Origin: an uncultured Gemmatimonadaceae bacterium
GTDB lineage: Bacteria; Gemmatimonadota; Gemmatimonadetes; Gemmatimonadales; Gemmatimonadaceae
Assembly (NCBI GenBank): GCA_963751275.1
Contig: CAVVTZ010000009.1
Location: 224,001-288,000 of the forward strand
DNA length: 64,000 nt
Direction: 5' to 3'
Shown one piece after another: positions 61,873 to 64,000 of the stretch (position 1 is its first letter; every line of letters begins with the position of its first letter). The notes under the pieces are model-generated. The model was not told where the DNA came from and made no database searches. It saw only the letters and a program-made list of their open reading frames with translations. A program made the position numbers and the translations under genes.

Positions 61873-62625
61873 TTAGACCTTGTGATAGAGGATCCGTGCC
61901 GCCTCACGACGGTCCTCGGCTTGATACACCTCGAAATCCCCAAAAAACCCCGGCGCGATTCCCTGGAGCACGCGCAGCACCGCGATCGCACATCTCCGAA
62001 TCTCCTGCTCCGCCCCCTCACCAGATCGCAGCTCAAGCATAGTTCTCCAAGCCCGAGCATTCCCCGTCACCACGATCTTCGTCTCCGTCGCATTCGGCAA
62101 CACCGCCCTCGCCGCCTCCCGCGCCATCTTCCGCCGATGGACCTTGTCCGCGATCCATCCATACCGCTCCATCAACGCCTCGACCATCTCGATATACGCC
62201 GCCAGCGCCGACTCCATCTGCGCCTTCCACGCCGCCTCGAGCGCCGCATCCCCGATCACCGCCGGCGGGATCACGAAATTCGCGTCCGTCTCGTCCACGT
62301 AGCGCTGGGAGAGCTGTGAGTACGCGAACCCCGCCCAATGCCGCACGAGCTCGTGGGTCAAAGATCTACTCACGCCTTCGAGCAGCAAGGAGTAGTTGGC
62401 ATGCTCGAGCACCGACCCATGCCCCTGTTTCTTGATGTTCTCGAGATAATCTCGCGTCGTCCGGTTCGCCGGATTCTTCTGACTCATATAACACAACCGC
62501 CCCGCGAACTCCGCGAGGCGTTCACCGTCAGTACTCTCCCCCATCCAATGGACCGGCAGATGCGCCGGTTCTGAGAACGCCGGTTGCGACAGTACGCTGA
62601 TCACCGGCTCAGCAAAGTATTTCAT
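61873..62625 (-). CDS. thyX: FAD-dependent thymidylate synthase
   Basis: GHGSVLEH, SRSLTHELVRH, SQLSQRYV, AREAARAVLP, GNARAW, EIR. Confidence 0.92.
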   Translation of the reverse strand: MKYFAEPVISVLSQPAFSEPAHLPVHWMGESTDGERLAEFAGRLCYMSQKNPANRTTRDYLENIKKQGHGSVLEHANYSLLLEGVSRSLTHELVRHWAGFAYSQLSQRYVDETDANFVIPPAVIGDAALEAAWKAQMESALAAYIEMVEALMERYGWIADKVHRRKMAREAARAVLPNATETKIVVTGNARAWRTMLELRSGEGAEQEIRRCAIAVLRVLQGIAPGFFGDFEVYQAEDRREAARILYHKV

Positions 62626-62708
62626 GTCGTTGGATCGCCCTTCGCAGTTGGGGTAGAGCAGTCTAAAGTCTAAGTCAACGTCTAAGTCTGTAGCATTGCC
62701 GTCCGAAG

Positions 62709-64000
62709 TTAAGCAGTCTCCCCCAACGCCGACAGTCGCGACCTGCTCCACGCTCTCTCCCTCTCGATGGCATCAAGCGCGCTTCGAGCCGCCGCCGGCA
62801 GCGGCGACAGCGCCGGATCGTACTTCACCTCCCCCACCGCCACTTGTCCCGCCACCGGCACCTTCACCCCCGGATTCAATATCCCACTTGGATCGAACGC
62901 GTCCTTCACCGCCTTGAACAACGCGCGCGACTCATGATGCCACGTCCGGTCCATGAGCGGCGTGCGCAGCCGCCCGTCGCCGTGCTCGCCGCTCAAGGTC
63001 CCGCCCAACCTCTGCACCAGCTCGGTCACTTCCTCGAGCACCGCGTCGAGCGTCGCGCGCCAATCGCTCGCGCTCACGTCGATCAAGGGATTCACATGCA
63101 CATGCGCATCCCCCGCGTGCCCGAAGATCACGCCCTTCACGCCATGATCCTCCAGCACCTTCCGCACCCCGCGCACGTAGGCCACGAGCTGGTCGGGCGG
63201 CACCGCCGCGTCCTCGATGAACTGCATGCTCTTGAGACGCGGATCGAGCCGCGCGAGGATCGGGACTCGCGGCATGCCGCAGCTTCCACAGCGAGCCCTC
63301 GCTGCCCGGGTCCAGCGCGACGCGGATATTCATCGCCCCCGCTCCGCCGAACAGTCCCTCGAGTTGCCGCGCCGCCGCGATCGCCGAGGTCGCATCGCCG
63401 GCCTCTACTTCCACCAACAGCACCGCGTCGGTGCCATTGGTGATCCCGATATCGTCCCCCTCGCTCGTCGCCACCGCCAGGAACGTCGCGGTCGATCAGC
63501 TCGCACGCGCTCGCGCCGTTCGACCGCGCCCGCGCCGCCGCGTCCACCGCCTGCATGATGCTCGCGAACTCCGCCAACAACGTGCACGTCGCCGCCGGAA
63601 CGGGAACGAGCGACACCTCGACCCCCACGAACATCGCGAGCGTCCCCTCGCTGCCCACCAGGAGATCGATCAACTCGCCGCTGCGCGCATAGTCGGCCAG
63701 CGCGTAGCCCGAACTCTCCTTGCGCACGCCGGGATGCTGCCGGAACCGCCCGGGCGCCGCGAGGATGGCCGGATGCGCCGACGCCTGGAATCGCATGAGC
63801 GCGGGAATGTCCGGCGGCAACGGTGAGCCGCGCCGGATCACGGCGCGCGAGCCATCGTCGAACACGCAATCGAGCGCGGTGACCCACGCGCGCATCGCGC
63901 CGTAGCGCACCGTGTGCGCGCCGGCCGCGTTCGTCGCCGCCATGCCGCCAATGGTGCAGAACGCGCCGCTGGACGGATCCACCGGAAAGCGCAGCCCGTG
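62709..64000 (-). CDS. FAD-linked oxidase (GlcD/D-lactate dehydrogenase-like), 5'-truncated, frameshifted
   Basis: PVDPSS, TIGGMAATNAAG, GSEGTL, GHAGDAHVH, SGEHGDG, FDPSGILNPG. Confidence 0.9.

Noticed and set aside
458..64000. Multiple frameshifted genes as pseudogenes or programmed frameshifts
   Set aside because: Scattered single-base indels in otherwise intact conserved genes (SDR, tricorn, sulfatase, kamA, ATP-grasp, FAD oxidase) are more simply sequencing errors; cannot be settled without reads.

Overview
High-GC bacterial chromosomal segment. Gene content (four large duplicated-MacB/FtsX 'ADOP'-type ABC permeases, many secreted peptidases) suggests Gemmatimonadota or a related soil phylum; this is inference. 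About ten conserved genes carry single-base frameshifts, most simply explained by long-read assembly errors. Coding content: SDR and NAD(P)-binding enzymes, a Tat-signal orphan LanC-like protein, S9, M90 and tricorn S41 peptidases, a two-component system followed by a rhodanese/YeeE/Moco-sulfurase-like sulfur-relay operon, an arylsulfatase, a 2-oxoacid:ferredoxin oxidoreductase operon, an LpxH-like + glycosyltransferase pair, an amidohydrolase, a decayed accessory patch (54.5-57 kb), a KamA + GNAT + two ATP-grasp cluster, thyX and an FAD oxidase. No tRNA, rRNA, CRISPR array, integrase or transposase was seen. The striking non-coding signal is a dense set of long intergenic hairpins built from 7-nt or 9-nt periodic units. 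Seven ~180-bp copies of one family (A) occupy successive intergenic gaps from 42.2 to 53.9 kb. Their arms are homologous to the ~72-bp terminal inverted repeats enclosing a four-helix-bundle (23S-IVS/Avd-like) gene at 61.2-61.8 kb, so the window holds a gene-carrying form and 'empty' forms of one transposase-less element. Around these elements the flanking DNA shows a G/C skew flip (G-rich to the left, C-rich to the right), suggesting recurrent strand-specific mutagenesis centred on the hairpins.
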